From Macrostomum hystrix (taxonomy: Eukaryota > Animalia > Platyhelminthes): a stretch of 64,000 nt of DNA. Below are positions 46,692 to 61,413 of the stretch, piece by piece; position 1 is the stretch's first letter, and the number at the start of each line of letters is the position of its first letter. A model generated the notes under the pieces. The model was not told where the DNA came from, did no database searches, and saw only the letters and a program-made list of their open reading frames with translations. Location of the stretch: positions 25,668,001 through 25,732,000 of the forward strand of contig CATNEN010000038.1 of the NCBI GenBank assembly GCA_950097015.1. Reading direction: 5' to 3'. The translations under genes were made by a program, and so were the position numbers.

Positions 46692-47199
46692 GGCCAAAAA
46701 GATTTCGTTATTGTTGCACCAACACTGCAGCTAGAGCGATTGAGCCAGAAGATGTTGGTTATCTCTTCTTGTTAGAAGAAGGGCCTCACATTTCTGCCGA
46801 CCCCAACCTGGCGGACCAATGGCAGTCTGGCTCTGGTTGCTAGCCAAGCTTTCTCTCTCCTTTTCCGCCTTCCTAACTGCGTGTCACCGCCAGTGTCTGG
46901 CTGACTCAGGCCCTACAGGATTTCCTCATCTGTGCCATTGTCATGCCAGGAGCATTGCCAACAGGGCGACACTCTCCCTTACATTCTGTCAGCCAATGCA
47001 TGACTGAAACAGCTCAGCCTATCCCCAACCGTCTGCCACAATGAGTGATGTTCTTCTTAAACCACTTGTTCAGTATCTGCATTGAGCATTGTGAATTCCT
47101 TCAGCTGGCAGCAAAACGTTCTTCTTTTTTGAAGCACGATAAGTACTAATCATCACATTCCTTCAGGACCTGCAGAAAATGGCTAAACTCTAGGGGTGA

Positions 47200-48105
47200 G
47201 AGGTGTGCTAGAGTGGATGATGGGGTGTGCTAGAGTGGATGCTGGGGTGTGCTAGAGTGGATGATGAGGTGTGCTAGAGTGGATGATGGGGTGTGCTAGA
47301 GTGGATGCTGGGGTGTGCTAGAGTGGATGATGGGGTGTGCTAGAGTGGATGCTGGGGTGTGCTAGAGTGGATGCTGGGGTGTGCTAGAGTGGATGATGGG
47401 GTGTGCTAGAGTGGATGATGGGGTGTGCTAGAGTGGATGCTGGGTGTGCTAGAGTGGATGCTGGGGTGTGCTAGAGTGGATGATGGGGTGTGCTAGAGTG
47501 GATGATGGGGTGTGCTAGAGTGGATGCTGGGGTGTGCTAGAGTGGATGGGGGTGTGCAAGAGTGGATGATGGGGTGTGCTAGAGTGGATGCTGGGGTGTG
47601 CTAGAGTGGATGATGGGGTGTGCTAGAGTGGATGATGGGGTGTGCTAGAGTGGATGCTGGGGTGTGCTAGAGTGGATGATGGGGTGTGCTAGAGTGGATG
47701 CTGGGGTGTGCTAGAGTGGATGCTGGGGTGTGCTAGAGTGGATGATGGGGTGTGCTAGAGTGGATGATGGGGTGTGCTAGAGTGGATGCTGGGTGTGCTA
47801 GAGTGGATGCTGGGGTGTGCTAGAGTGGATGATGGGGTGTGCTAGAGTGGATGATGGGGTGTGCTAGAGTGGATGCTGGGGTGTGCTAGAGTGGATGGGG
47901 GTGTGCAAGAGTGGATGATGGGGTGTGCAAGAGTGGATGATGGGGTGTGCTAGAGTGGATGCTGGGGTGTGCTAGAGTGGATGGGGGTGTGCAAGAGTGG
48001 ATGATGGGGTGTGCTAGAGTGGATGCTGGGGTGTGCTAGAGTGGATGGGGGTGTGCAAGAGTGGATGCTGGGGTGTGCTAGAGTGGATGGTTGGGTGTGC
48101 TAGAG
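47200..48105. repeat. 21-bp minisatellite
   Basis: gtgtgctagagtggatgatggg-type units. Confidence 0.95.
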
Positions 48106-48729
48106 CCAAATCGCTGCTTAGAAATTACCACTGTACTTTTCATAGAGTATCAAATTTATTCACTTTTAAATTTGCTCTAACGTGGCTACTAGCAGTAGAA
48201 GTGCGTAAAGTCATGTTTTAATTTTTTTCACACTATACCAAGCCCCAATGTCACTGAGAAAGTTAAATTTCAGTCAGCCGGAACCATAGCTATGTGTGAG
48301 TATGACTATAAATTAGCTTCGATATATTTTGACAGTAAAATTAGCATGAAACTTCTGTGCTCATGGTCCTTATGGATTTATGAGCATAAGAAATAGTGTT
48401 CTTCCCCCCTTCTATAACGGGAACAAAAGGACTAGCTGGCTTTGAGCATGCACAAAAAAATTTGAATTTCCTTAAGCCACTTCTATCGTAATATGAGAGA
48501 GAAGAGAGGAATTATAGAAAGCTATAATGGCCTGAGTGGCTAGTGTACTCAAGGTAGAAGGCTACAGCTAGGAGTGAAGTGGTAGCAGGTGTTGTTTAAT
48601 GCTTATATTGACCTGTTCTGAGCTTCACGCTCAATAAAAGCTTATTTACACTTTCTCTAAGTAAAAACTGTCTGGAAATTTCGGCTTGAAAACTGGCTAG
48701 AATTTTTTTTTATTTTTTACTTTTCTTTT

Positions 48730-49320
48730 GGAGAGAGTGGTTGAGAGCGAGAGGGTGAGAGAGAGTGGTTGAGAGCGAGAGGGTGAGAGAGAGTGGTTGA
48801 GAGCGAGAGGGTGAGAGGAAGAGGGTTAGAGGAAGAGGGTGAGAGGTAGAGGATGAGAGGAAGAGGGTGAGAGGAAGAGGGTGAGAGGAAGAGGGTTAGA
48901 GGAAGAGGGTGAGAGGTAGAGGATGAGAGGAAGAGGGTGAGAGGAAGAGGGTGAGAGGAAGAGGGTGAGAGGAAGAGGGTGAGAGGAAGAGGGTGAGAGG
49001 TAGAGGGTGAGAGGTAGAGGATGAGAGGAAGAGGGTGAGAGGAAGAGGGTGAGAGGTAGAGGATGAGAGGAAGAGGGTGAGAGGAAGAGGGTGAGAGGAA
49101 GAGGGTGAGAGGAAGAGGGTGAGAGGAAGAGGGTGAGAGGAAGAGGGTGAGAGGTAGAGGATGAGAGGAAGAGGGTGAGAGGAAGAGGGTGAGAGGGTGA
49201 GAGCGTGAGGGTGAGAGAGCGAGAGATGGGGAGAGGGAGAAAGGTTAGGAGAGACGGGCAGAAGAAGAGGGAGAGAGAGGGAGGTGGAGAGAGTGAGAGA
49301 AGAGAGAAATAGAGGAAATG
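48730..49320. repeat. Purine-rich 13-bp repeat
   Basis: gagaggaagagggt-type units. Confidence 0.92.
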
Positions 49321-49799
49321 GAGTTAGCTAAAGGAGACAGGAAGATAGAAGATAGGGATTGAAGGGGAAGTACGGGAAGTAATGAAGCAGAATTGGTGAA
49401 ACAAGAGTCAGAATGGTTGAGGAATCAGCTTAACTCGCTCAGCACTCTACATAGCCCGTCAAAAAAATGTTTACTCATTTCAGTCCTCTCACAAAAATAG
49501 CAGTGATAAAGTTGAACAAATATCGATCGGGTAGTAGTGGTTAGGCCTCTGCACCCTCATCCCCATGCTGACCACAATTTATAGGCTTCCGCCACTATTT
49601 GCTAACGAATAAGGTTGGAGATTTTCGATCGGAGGGGAGTACCGCTGCTTCTTGGGGAGTTTTATGTTGCGTTTTTTAGGGCGCAGTCCGTAATAATTTA
49701 TCAACCCCGGAGTTGTTTACCAGCTTAGAAGCCAATGAATTTGCGAGATACAGAAACTAAACATAATGTTAGATTAGGTTGACTAGGTTGACATGACTG

Positions 49800-51270
49800 A
49801 CAAATTGGGGTGGGAGAGAGTGAAAAACTCAATTGAGAGAGTGACAAGTTGGGGTGGGGGAGAGTGACGAACTGGGTCGGAAGAGAGTGACAAACTGTGT
49901 GAAGTGGGAAAGAGTGACAAACTAGGGTGGGGAGAGTGACAAACTGTGTGGGGTGGGCGAGACAAACCTGGGTGGGGGAGAGTGACAAACCTGGGTGGGG
50001 GAGAGTGACAAACCTGGGTGGGGGAGAGTGACAAACCTGGGTGGGGGGAGAGTGACAAACCTGGGTGGGGGAGAGTGACAAACCTGGGTGGGGGAGAGTG
50101 ACAAACCTGGGTGGGGGAGAGTGACAAACCTGGGTGGGGGAGAGTGACAAACCTGGGTGGGGGAGAGTGACAAACCTGGGTGGGGGAGAGTGACAAACCT
50201 GGGTGGGGGAGAGTGACAAACCTGGGTGGGGGAGAGTGACAAACCTGGGTGGGGGAGAGTGACAAACCTGGGTGGGGGAGAGTGACAAACCTCGGTGGGG
50301 GGAAACTAACAAAACCTCGGTGGGAAAGAGTGACAAACCTGGATGGGGGAGAGTGACAAACCTGGGTGGGGGGACAGTAACAAAACCTGGGTGGGGAAGA
50401 GTGACAAAACCTGGGTGGGGGAGAGTGACAAAACCTGGGTGGGGAAGAGTGACAAAACCTGGGTGGGGGAGAGTGACAAAACCTGGGTGGGGGAGAGTGA
50501 CAAAACCTGGGTGGGGGACAGTAACAAAACCTGGGTGGGGTAGAGTGACAAAACCTGGGTGGGGGAGAGTGACAAAACCTGGGTGGGGGACAGTAACAAA
50601 ACCTGGGTGGGGGAGAGTGACAAACCTCGGTGGGGGGAAACTTACAAAACCTCGGTGGGAAAGAGTGACAAACCTGGATGGGGGAGAGTGACAAACCTGG
50701 GTGGGGGACAGTAACAAAACCTGGGTGGGGAAGAGTGACAAAACCTGGGTGGGGGAGAGTGACAAAACCTGGGTGGGGAAGAGTGACAAACCTGGGTGGG
50801 GAAGAGTGACAAAACCTGGGTGGGGGAGAGTAACAAAACCTGGGTGGGGAAGAGTGACAAAACCTGGGTGGGGGAGAGTGACAAAACCTGGGTGGGGAAG
50901 AGTGACAAAACCTGGGTGGGGAAGAGTGACAAACCTGGGTGGGGAAGAGTGACAAAACCTGGGTGGGGGAGAGTAACAAAACCTGGGTGGGGAAGAGTGA
51001 CAAAACCTGGGTGGGGAAGAGTGACAAAACCTAGGTGGGGAAGAGTGACAAAACCTGGGTGGGGAAGAGTGACAAAACCTGGGTGGGGAAGAGTGACAAA
51101 ACCTTGGTCGGGAAGAGTGACAAAACCTGGGTGGGGAGGAGTGACAAAACCTGGGTGGGGGGACAGTAACAAAACCTGGGTGGGGGAGAGTAACAAGCTG
51201 TGTGGGGTGGGGGAGTGACAAACTCAGCTGCGAGGAAGAGTGACAAACTGGGTTGACGGAGTGACAAATT
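49800..51270. repeat. 21/22-bp G-rich minisatellite
   Basis: gagtgacaaacctgggtggggga-type units. Confidence 0.95.
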
Positions 51271-51714
51271 TTTTAAGAGAAGGACAAAATGGCTATATAA
51301 GTCTTTCGAATATAATTTTTTTTTTGAAATACGAGCGTATATTTTACTAAAATGACTGTTGTCCCGCAGTTTCCATAGCAGCATCCGTGAAACAGTTCAG
51401 TTATGTGATTTCGCATGCTGGTAATAAGTTTTATATTGATTTGGGAAAATTTCCCCAATCTGTCTATCGTCCGGATTGCTTAAGGTTAGAGTGAAATTTT
51501 TTTTACTCCAATGAGCTCTAATTAATTTGCTCCAATTTTATGGCCCTACCAATATCCGCTGAGCTGCATGACAGTTAATGAATTGATTGATATTCTCAAC
51601 CACTGAAGCTGCAGGCAGTATTTTATGCCCCAGAGTTTATACTGTAGGTCACGAGCAGATTGACTGATAAAAATATGCGGGACTAGACTTTGTGTGTCCG
51701 GTCGGAAACACGCT

Positions 51715-54700
51715 TCTCCAACTCCTAATCTCCATCTCTATCTCCTAATCTACTAAATTCCTAATGTCCGTCTCTATCTCCTAATCTACTAAATTCCTAA
51801 TGTCCGTCTCTATCTCCTAATCTACTAAACTCCTAATCTCCGTCTCTATCTCCTAATATACTAAACTCCTAATCTCCGTCTCTATCTCCTAATCTACTAA
51901 ACTCCTAATCTCCGTCTTTATCTCCTAATCTACTAAACTCATAATCTCCGTCTCTATCTCCTAATCTACTAAACTCATAATCTCCGTCTCTATCTCCTAA
52001 TCTACTAAACTCCTAATGTCCGTCTCTATCTTCTAATCTACTAAACTCCTAATGTCCGTCTCTATCTCCTAATCTCCTATACTCCTAATCTTCGTCACTA
52101 TCTCCTAATCTGCGTCTCTATCTCCTAATATACTAAACTCCTAATGTCCGTCTCCATCTCCTAATATACAAAACTCCAAATCTTCGTCTCTATCTCCTAA
52201 TCTACTAAACTCCTAATCTCCGTCTCAATCTCCTAATATACTAAACTCCTAATGTCAGTCTCTATCTCCTAATCTACTAAACTCCAAATCTTCGTCTCTA
52301 TCTCCTAATATACTAAGCTCCTAATCTCCGTCTCTATCTCCTAATCTACTAAACTCCTAATGTCCGTCTCTATCTCCTAATCTACTAAACTGCTAATCTC
52401 CGTCTCTATCTCCTAATATACTAAGCTCCTAATCTCCGTCTCTATCTCCTAATCTACTAAACTGCTAATCTCCGTCTCAATCTCCTAATATACTAAACTC
52501 CTAATGTCCGTCTCTATCTCCTAATATACTAAGCTCCTAATCTCCGTCTCTATCTCCTAATCTACTAAACTGCTAATCTCCGTCTCAATCTCCTAATATA
52601 CTAAACTCCTAATGTCCGTCTCTATCTCCTAATATACTAAACTGCTAATCTCCGTCTCTATCTCCTAATATACTAAGCTCCTAATCTCCGTCTCTATCTC
52701 CTAATCTACTAAACTCCAAATCTTCGTCTCTATCTCCTAATCTACTAAACTGCTAATGTCCGTCTCTATCTCCTAATATACTAAACTCCTAATGTCCGTC
52801 TCTATCTCCTAATATACTAAACTCCTAATGTCCGTCTCTATCTCCTAATATACTAAACTCCTAATGTCCGTCTCTATCTCCTAATCTACTAAACTCCTAA
52901 TGTCCGTCTCTATCTCCTAATATACTAAACTCCTAATGTCCGTCTCTATCTCCTAATCTACTAAACTCCAAATCTTCGTCTATATCTCCTAATCTACTAA
53001 ATTCCTAATGTCCGTATCTATCTCCTAATCTACTAAATTCCTAATGTCCGTATCTATCTCCTAATCTACTAAATTCCTAATGTCCGTATCTATCTCCTAA
53101 TCTACTAAATTCCTAATGTCCGTCTCTATCTCCTAATCTACTAAACTCCAAATCTTCGTCTCTATCTCCTAATATACTAAGCTCCTAATCTCCGTCTCTA
53201 TCTCCTAATCTACTAAACTCCTAATGTCCGTCTCTATCTCCTAATCTACTAAACTCCTAATCTCCGTCTCTATCTCCTAATATACTAAGCTCCTAATCTC
53301 CGTCTCTATCTCCTAATCTACTAAACTGCTAATCTCCGTCTCAATCTCCTAATATACTAAACTCCTAATGTCCGTCTCTATCTCCTAATATACTAAGCTC
53401 CTAATCTCCGTCTCTATCTCCTAATCTACTAAACTGCTAATCTCCGTCTCTATCTCCTAATATACAAAACTCCTAATCTCCGTCTCTATCTCCTAATATA
53501 CAAAACTCCTCATCTCCGTCTCTATCTCCTAATATACTAAACTCCTAATGTCCGTATCTATCTCCTAATCTACTAAATTCCTAATGTCCGTATCTATCTC
53601 CTAATCTACTAAACTCCTAATGTCCGTCTCTATCTCCTAATCTACTAAACTCCAAATCTTCGTCTCTATCTCCTAATATACTAAACTCCTAATGTCCGTC
53701 TCTATCTCCTAATATACAAAACTCCTAATCTCCGTCTCTATCTCCTAATATACTAAGCTCCTAATCTCCGTCTCTATCTCCTAATATACTAAGCTCCTAA
53801 TGTCCGTCTCTATCTCCTAATATACAAAACTCCTAATCTCCGTCTCTATCTCCTAATATACTAAGCTCCTAATCTCCGTCTCTATCTCCTAATCTACTAA
53901 ACTGCTAATCTCCGTCTCTATCTCCTAATATACTAAACTCCTAATGTCCGTCTCTATCTCCTAATCTACTAAACTCCAAATCTTCGTCTCTATCTCCTAA
54001 TCTACTAAACTCCTAATTTCCGTCTCTATCTTCTAATCTACTAAACTCCTAATGTCCGTCTCTATCTCCTAATCTGCTAAACTCCTAATGTCCGTCTCTA
54101 TCTCCTAATCTCCTATACTCCTAATCTTTGTCACTATCTCCTAATCTGCGTCTCTATCTCCTAATATACTAAACTCCTAATGTCCGTCTCCATCTCCTAA
54201 TATACAAAACTCCTAATCTCCGTCTCTATCTCCTAATATACTAAGCTCCTAATCTCCGTCTCTATCTCCTAATATACTAAGCTCCTAATGTCCGTCTCTA
54301 TCTCCTAATATACAAAACTCCTAATCTCCGTCTCTATCTCCTAATATACTAAGCTCCTAATCTCCGTCTCTATCTCCTAATCTACTAAACTGCTAATCTC
54401 CGTCTCTATCTCCTAATATACTAAACTCCTAATGTCCGTCTCTATCTCCTAATCTACTAAACTCCAAATCTTCGTCTCTATCTCCTAATCTACTAAACTC
54501 CTAATTTCCGTCTCTATCTTCTAATCTACTAAACTCCTAATGTCCGTCTCTATCTCCTAATCTGCTAAACTCCTAATGTCCGTCTCTATCTCCTAATCTC
54601 CTATACTCCTAATCTTTGTCACTATCTCCTAATCTGCGTCTCTATCTCCTAATATACTAAACTCCTAATGTCCGTCTCTATCTCTGAATCTCCGTCTCAA

Positions 54701-54860
54701 TCTCCTAATCTATCTATTAGGAACTATCTTCTAATCTCCTAATCTGCATCCCTATCTCCTAATCTCCATCTCCCTCTCCTTATCTCTGTGTTTGTGTCTT
54801 ATTCTCTGTCTCGATTTCCTAATTTCCATCTAGATTTCATTATCTCCTAATCTCGATCTC
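51715..54860. repeat. 39-bp satellite with variant blocks
   Basis: ctaaactcctaatgtccgtctctatctcctaatcta-type units. Confidence 0.95.
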
Positions 54861-55029
54861 TACTCCGTAGATTATAATAGTTAATTCACTTTCAAAGTTC
54901 AACACAAAACCCTGCCGCATGCTTTGTGTCAGTCTTGATTCAGCAAATTTCAATACTTCCTGAATTATGTCTAGGTTTTCACTATTTTGTCATTTGAGTT
55001 CTGACGCCTGTCAATTTAAATTATTGAAT

Positions 55030-55687
55030 AGCTCTTCAGACCGTCGAGATATTCAATGTTTCTGGCCGGAAGGTCCGATTTTTCCCATAAGAGCTAGTGT
55101 ATTTCATACACCCCTATACACGAATTTGCACTGCGCCTCAGTGCGGCCTTTACAGACCTTCAAAATTGATCAGCATGTCCCCCGAATGTGCTTGCATCAT
55201 CTCCGACCTCGGCGGTCACCGACCTTTATCTAGACGGAGCTGCTGGACCTTCAACAAGTGGAACCAGCCGACTATGGAGTCCCTAAAGCGAATTTCTCTA
55301 CTTTCGCTGATCAAGCCTCGACATTGGGCAACACTCAACTACTTCACATGCTCCTCTAGTCCGTCAACCAATCAGTCACCACCCCGACGCCGTCAGCACC
55401 GTCAGCAGGGTGCCTCCAGCTGGCAATGGAGTCCCTAAAGCGAATTTTTCTACTTTCTCTAATAAAGCCTCGATATTGGCCTAAACTCAACTATTACTTG
55501 TTTAAGGTCCAGCAGCTCCGTCTAGATAAATGTAGGTGACCACCGAAGTCGGAGATGGTGCAAGCACATTCGGGTGACATGCTGATCAATTTTGAAGGCC
55601 TGGAAAGGCCGTATGAAACGGTGTATGAAATACACTGGCTCTTATGGGATAAATCGGACCTTGAATATCTCGACGGTCTGAAGAGCT
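55030..55687. mobile_element. Foldback/MITE with ~200-bp TIRs and internal direct repeat
   Basis: agctcttcagaccgtcgagatattcaa... is the reverse complement of ...ttgaatatctcgacggtctgaagagct; atggagtccctaaagcgaattt duplicated at ~55274 and ~55426. Confidence 0.85.
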
Positions 55688-56551
55688 GGCGACTTGTTTC
55701 TTGTTTCAGGTTTCAGAAGATGCGCAACAATTAAAAAGTTAGCCCGTGTTCTTTAGTTTCGTGTGCTTGCATTGTTCCGTTCGGGTGCATAAAAAAAATT
55801 GTTAGGGGGGGGGGGGGAAATCCCCCCCTTGGTAGTTCTACTGTTAAAGAAGTGAGGCTAATAGGAAAGTAACAAAGCAAAGACTATAAGTTTATAAAAC
55901 ACTCATAAAATTGTCCATTAGGTTCTGTACCTCTTGCTTTTAAATAATTCACGAATGCACGGACATTGATATATATATATACAATTGTCCATGAAGTAAA
56001 TCTCGCTTTACCGAATTGCAATGGACCAAGCAGTAAGGTCTGATCTGGATCTAGATTCGGCGGGATTAACTTAAGCTGATATTCTCTAAAATGAATCTGA
56101 TTGATTTACTTGGCCAAACTGACTGACTGACTCATTTGCATACGGTCTGGATCAAAACCCGCTTTACCACTATGGAGCTAAAATTTTATCAATAGAGAAT
56201 AAATTTGTAGCTCTTAACTTACTCAGATAGTTAAATTGCTTATTTTTAACGCCCTAACTCTTTTTTGTTGCAGCGTGCCTGTCATCCACTGTAATCTGTC
56301 TGTAATATACTGTTATCTGTCTGAAATATACTTTTGTCTGTCTGTAATATAATGCAATCTGTCTGTTCTATTCAGTAATGTGTCTGTAATTTACTTTAAT
56401 CTATCTGTAGCATATGTCTGTAATCTGCAATAAGATTTTGTATATAATTTAGCTGCAGTGTTTTGTCTGTTTTCTACTGTAATATTTCTTTTATATGTTC
56501 TAATATCTGTGAAATCAGATCGAATCTTTCAGCGATATACTGAATTCCGTA

Positions 56552-56685
56552 AGTTAGTTAGTTAGTCAGTTAATTAGCTAGTTAATCAGTTAGTCAGTCA
56601 GTCAGTCAGTTAGTTAGTCAGTCAGTTAGTTAGTTAGTTAGTTAGTTTGTTTGTTTGTTAGTCAGTCAGTTGGTTAGTTAGTTAA

Positions 56686-56720
<35 letters not shown>

Positions 56721-56769
56721 GTTTGTTAGTTAGTTTGTTTGTTAGTCAGTCAGTTGGTTAGTTAGTTAA

Positions 56770-56801
<32 letters not shown>

Positions 56802-56802
56802 C

Positions 56803-56866
<64 letters not shown>

Positions 56867-56890
56867 CAGTTAGTTAGTTTGTTTGTTTGT
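56552..56890. repeat. (TTAG)n microsatellite
   Basis: Direct reading. Confidence 0.95.
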
Positions 56891-57299
56891 ACTCGTAAGT
56901 TGGAGTGTATGATATTCTACATTTGATAAGTGACACATTCAGCAATTCAGTTGCCAATCAGTCACAAGGTTGGGTTGCAATGGTTCTTAACCAAGTATGA
57001 TACAATAACTGACAACTTGTGAAAATTAATTGTGAACAAGAAGTGTGCCTTTGAACTGTGAGAAGTATATCAAATCCTTATCTATAGCTCACCTGATGCA
57101 ACTCATAATCCTATTCAGAATCTGCAATCTACCTAGTATGTTATTTAAAGAGTCCTATCAAGGTATGGTTTTATAACGGCCACTGAAAACTCAATACTTC
57201 AGCAGCATGTTTGTACAACTGCCTGTCTTCAACTAACACATCTGTTTGCAAGCACTTGGATGGCAAACAAACCCTCACAAGCTCACAGCCACATCATAT

Positions 57300-59258
57300 C
57301 CTCTCCTACCCTCTCCTTTTCTCTCCTACCCTCTCCTTTTCTCTCCTACCCTCTTCTTTTCTCTCCTACCCTCTTCTTTTCTCCCCTACCCTTTCCTTCT
57401 CTTTCCTACCCTTTCCTTCTCTTTCCTACCCTTTCCTTCTCTTTCCTACCCTTTCCTTCTCTTTCCTACCCTTTCCTTCTCTTTCCTACCCTTTCCTTCT
57501 CTTTCCTACCCTTTCCTTCTCTTTCCTACCCTTTCCTTCTCTTTCCTACCCTTTCCTTCTCTTTCCTACCCTCTCCTACCCTCTCCTTTTCTCTCCTACC
57601 CTTTCCTTCTCTTTCCTACCATTTCCTTCTCTTTCCTACCCTTTCCTTCTCTTTCCTGCCCCTTTCCTTCTCTTTCCTACCCTCTCCTACCCTCTCCTTT
57701 TCTCTCCTACCCTTTCCTTCTCTTTCCTACCCTTTCCTTCTCTTTCCTACCCTTTCCTTCTCTTTCCTACCCTTTCCTTCTCTTTCCTACCCTTTCCTTC
57801 TCTTTCCTACCCTTTCCTTCTCTTTCCTACCCTTTCCTTCTCTTTCCTGCCCCTTTCCTTCTCTTTCCTACCCTCTCCTACCCTCTCCTTTTCTCTCCTA
57901 CCCTTTCCTTCTCTTTCCTACCCTTTCCTTCTCTTTCCTGCCCCTTTCCTTCTCTTTCCTACCATCTCCTTCTCTTTCCTACCATCTCCTTCTCTTTCCT
58001 ACCCTCTCCTTTTCTCTCCTACCCTTTCCTTCTCTTTCCTACCCTTTCCTTCTCTTTCCTACCCTTTCCTTCTCTTTCCTACCCTTTCCTTCTCTTTCCT
58101 ACCCTCTCCTACCCTCTCCTTTTCTCTCCTACCCTTTCCTTCTCTTTCCTACCCTTTCCTTCTCTTTCCTACCCTCTCCTACCCTCTCCTTTTCTCTCCT
58201 ACCCTTTCCTTCTCTTTCCTACCATTTCCTTCTCTTTCCTACCCTTTCCTTCTCTTTCCTACCATTTCCTTCTCTTTCCTACCCCTTTCCTTCTCTTTCC
58301 TACCCTTTCCTTCTTTTTCCTGCCCCTTTCCTTCTCTTTCCTACCCTCTCCTACCCTCTCCTTTTCTCTCCTACCCTTTCCTTCTCTTTCCTACCCTTTC
58401 CTTCTCTTTCCTACCCTTTCCTTCTCTTTCCTACCCTTTCCTTCTCTTTCCTACCCTTTCCTTCTCTTTCCTACCCTTTCCTTCTCTTTCCTACCCTTTC
58501 CTTCTCTTTCCTACCCTTTCCTTCTCTTTCCTACCCTTTCCTTCTCTTTCCTACCCTGTCCTTCTCTTTCCTACCCTTTCCTTCTCTTTCCTACCCTTTC
58601 CTTCTCTTTCCTACCCTTTCCTTCTCTTTCCTACCCTTTCCTTCTCTTTCCTACCCTTTCCTACCCTCTCCTTTTCTCTCCTACCCTCTTCTTTTCTCTC
58701 CTACCCTTTCCTTCTCTTTCCTACCCTTTCCTTCTCTTTCCTACCCTCTCCTACCCTCTCCTTTTCTCTCCTACTCTCTCCTTCTCTTTCCTACCCTCTC
58801 CTTTTTTCTCCTACCCTTTCCTTCTCTTTCCTACCCTTTCCTTCTCTTTCCTACCCTTTCCTTCTCTTTCCTACCCTCTCCTACCCTCTCCTTTTCTCTC
58901 CTACCCTTTCCTTCTCTTTCCTACCCTTTCCTTCTCTTTCCTACCCTTTCCTTCTCTTTCCTACCCTTTCCTTCTCTTTCCTACCCTTTCCTTCTCTTTC
59001 CTACCCTTTCCTACCATCTCCTTCTCTTTCCTACCCTTTCCTTCTCTTTCCTACCCTTTCCTTCTCTTTCCTACCCTCTCCTACCCTCTCCTTCTCTTTC
59101 CTACCCTCTCCTACCCTCTTCTTTTCTCTCCTACCCTTTCCTTCTCTTTCCTACCCTTTCCTTCTCTTTCCTACCCTTTCCTTCTCTTTCCTACCCTCTC
59201 CTACCCTCTCCTTCTCTTTCCTACCCTCTCCTACCCTCTCCTACCTTCTCTTTCCTAT
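57300..59258. repeat. ~2-kb pyrimidine-rich 20-bp satellite
   Basis: ctaccctttccttctctttc units. Confidence 0.95.
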
Positions 59259-59914
59259 CCTCTGCTCCCAACACTTAAAATAGAATCACATTTTAGGTTC
59301 AGTTGAATGTATTTTAACTTATGAATTGCTTAATTTCATCTTTTACTTTCAAAATCATGTCGCTGCTTGTCTCTTCAACTGCTCCCCTTTACAACTGACA
59401 AGGCAAAGCACATTGACGTTTTAAATTTCTCAATTCTAAACTTTATATATTTTTGGGAAATTGAAACAGCTGCTGTTGAGTGCTGCTAAGAAATTCTGCA
59501 TACTGCAGAGCCACTTTTCCAACCCACAATTTCTGCAAGATAAAGGCAAGACAATTCAGAAACAGAACCTAACGCAACGGTGCAGCACAACTGTCGCTTG
59601 CGAACAACCTTTTCGCTCCCGCTGTGTCAGCAAAGTTCTTAAATTCGATAGTCTCACACTGACGCTACAGAATAAGAAACAAATATAGCTCGTATAATTT
59701 TTTGTCTTTAAGCAACTAACTACTGTGTCTTCTATTATGACGAATCTCTATGGATAAACTGCATAGATAATAGCAATCCATAAGTAGTGATTTTTGCCCA
59801 GTCGCTATAACTGCGATTTTCTAACTGAGCGGTCGGAGGTTCGAATCTCAACCCAGAGGAGACCATGATTGTAAATTTCAGCGGGACCGGAGAAATCATA
59901 GCCATTGATTAATA

Positions 59915-60995
59915 TATCGATCGAATAGATTCAAAACCGATAATTAACCGATAGAATTAATTCGAGTCCGATAGTTATCGATCAGATAGTTTCAAAACTG
60001 ATATTTGTCGATCGGATAGATTCAAAATAACCAATAGTTATCGATCGGATAGATTAAAAATCGATAGTTATCGATTGGATAGATTCCAAACCAATAGTTA
60101 TTGATTGGATAGATTCCAAACCAATAGTTATTGATTGGATAGATTCCAAACCAATAGTTATTGATTGGATAGATTCCAAACCAATAGTTATTGATTGGAT
60201 AGATTCCAAACCAATAGTTATTGATTGGATAGATTCCAAACCAATAGTTATTGATTGGATAGATTCCAAACCAATAGTTATTGATTGGATAGATTCCAAA
60301 CCAATAGTTATTGATTGGATAGATTCCAAACCAATAGTTATTGATTGGATAGATTCCAAACCAATAGTTATTGATTGGATAGATTCCAAACCAATAGTTA
60401 TTGATTGGATAGATTCCAAACCAATAGTTATTGATTGGATAGATTCTAAACCAATAGTTATTGATTGGATAGATTCCAAACCAATAGTTATTGATTGGAT
60501 AGATTCCAAACCAATAGTTATTGATTGGATAGATTCCAAACCAATAGTTATTGATTGGATAGATTCCAAACCAATAGTTATTGATTGGATAGATTCGAAA
60601 CCAATAGTTATTGATTGGATAGATTCCAAACCAATAGTTATTGATTGGATAGATTCCAAACCAATAGTTATTGATTGGATAGATTCTAAACCAATAGTTA
60701 TCGATCGGATAGATTAAAAATCGATAGTTATCGATTGGATAGATTCCAAACCAATAGTTATTGATTGGATAGATTCCAAACCAATAGTTATTGATTGGAT
60801 AGATTCTAAACCAATAGTTATCGATCGGATACATTAAAAATCGATAGTTATCGATCGGATAGATTAAAAATCGATAGTTATCGATAGGATAGATTAAAAA
60901 TCTATAGTTATCGATCGGATAGATTCAAAATCGATAGTTATCGATCTTATAGATTCAAAATCGATAGTTATCGATCGGATAGATTAAAAATTGAT
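59915..60995. repeat. 30-bp satellite
   Basis: ccaatagttattgattggatagattccaaa units. Confidence 0.95.
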
Positions 60996-61376
60996 TATCA
61001 TATTATAAGCATATACGCGGATTGAATATGTGCATAAATTTATTACTTATATGGCTGTGATTTTGCTTGATTCCGATAGAGCCTCGAGAGAGCGATGCAA
61101 ATCTTTTGTTGATTTCAGTGAGCAATAAAAATCGCTGTTTCAACAATTCACAGGAGCAATTTAGAACTCCCTACCAATTTGTTGCAGAAATTCCCTTGTG
61201 AGTCGCGGATATATTGGTTGAAATGAGTCTTTACAGTCTTTTGGTTCGGTTTTTTGAGCTTGAAGGCTGAGGATATAGGGAAAATATATAAATGTGGAAA
61301 CACTGAACACGGAAATAAATGGGCGATAAGGAACGCTGGCAGGCACACTGAATTTTGGTCACGAGGGAAAACGCTT

Positions 61377-61377
<1 letters not shown>

Positions 61378-61413
<36 letters not shown>
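61378..61413. repeat. (CAG)n microsatellite
   Basis: Direct reading. Confidence 0.85.

Noticed and set aside
49725-51384. Long repetitive ORFs on both strands
   Set aside because: Minisatellite artefacts
56552-56890. Interstitial telomeric repeat
   Set aside because: Unit is TTAG, not TTAGG or TTAGGG
57211-59306. Three ~680-aa ORFs
   Set aside because: Translation of a stop-free pyrimidine satellite, open in all three frames
59790-59860. tRNA gene (also at 40598 and 26680-26745)
   Set aside because: Only A/B-box-like motifs, no complete cloverleaf; better explained as SINE heads
60022-60834. YPINNYWFGI repeat protein
   Set aside because: 30-bp satellite with no unique flanking coding sequence
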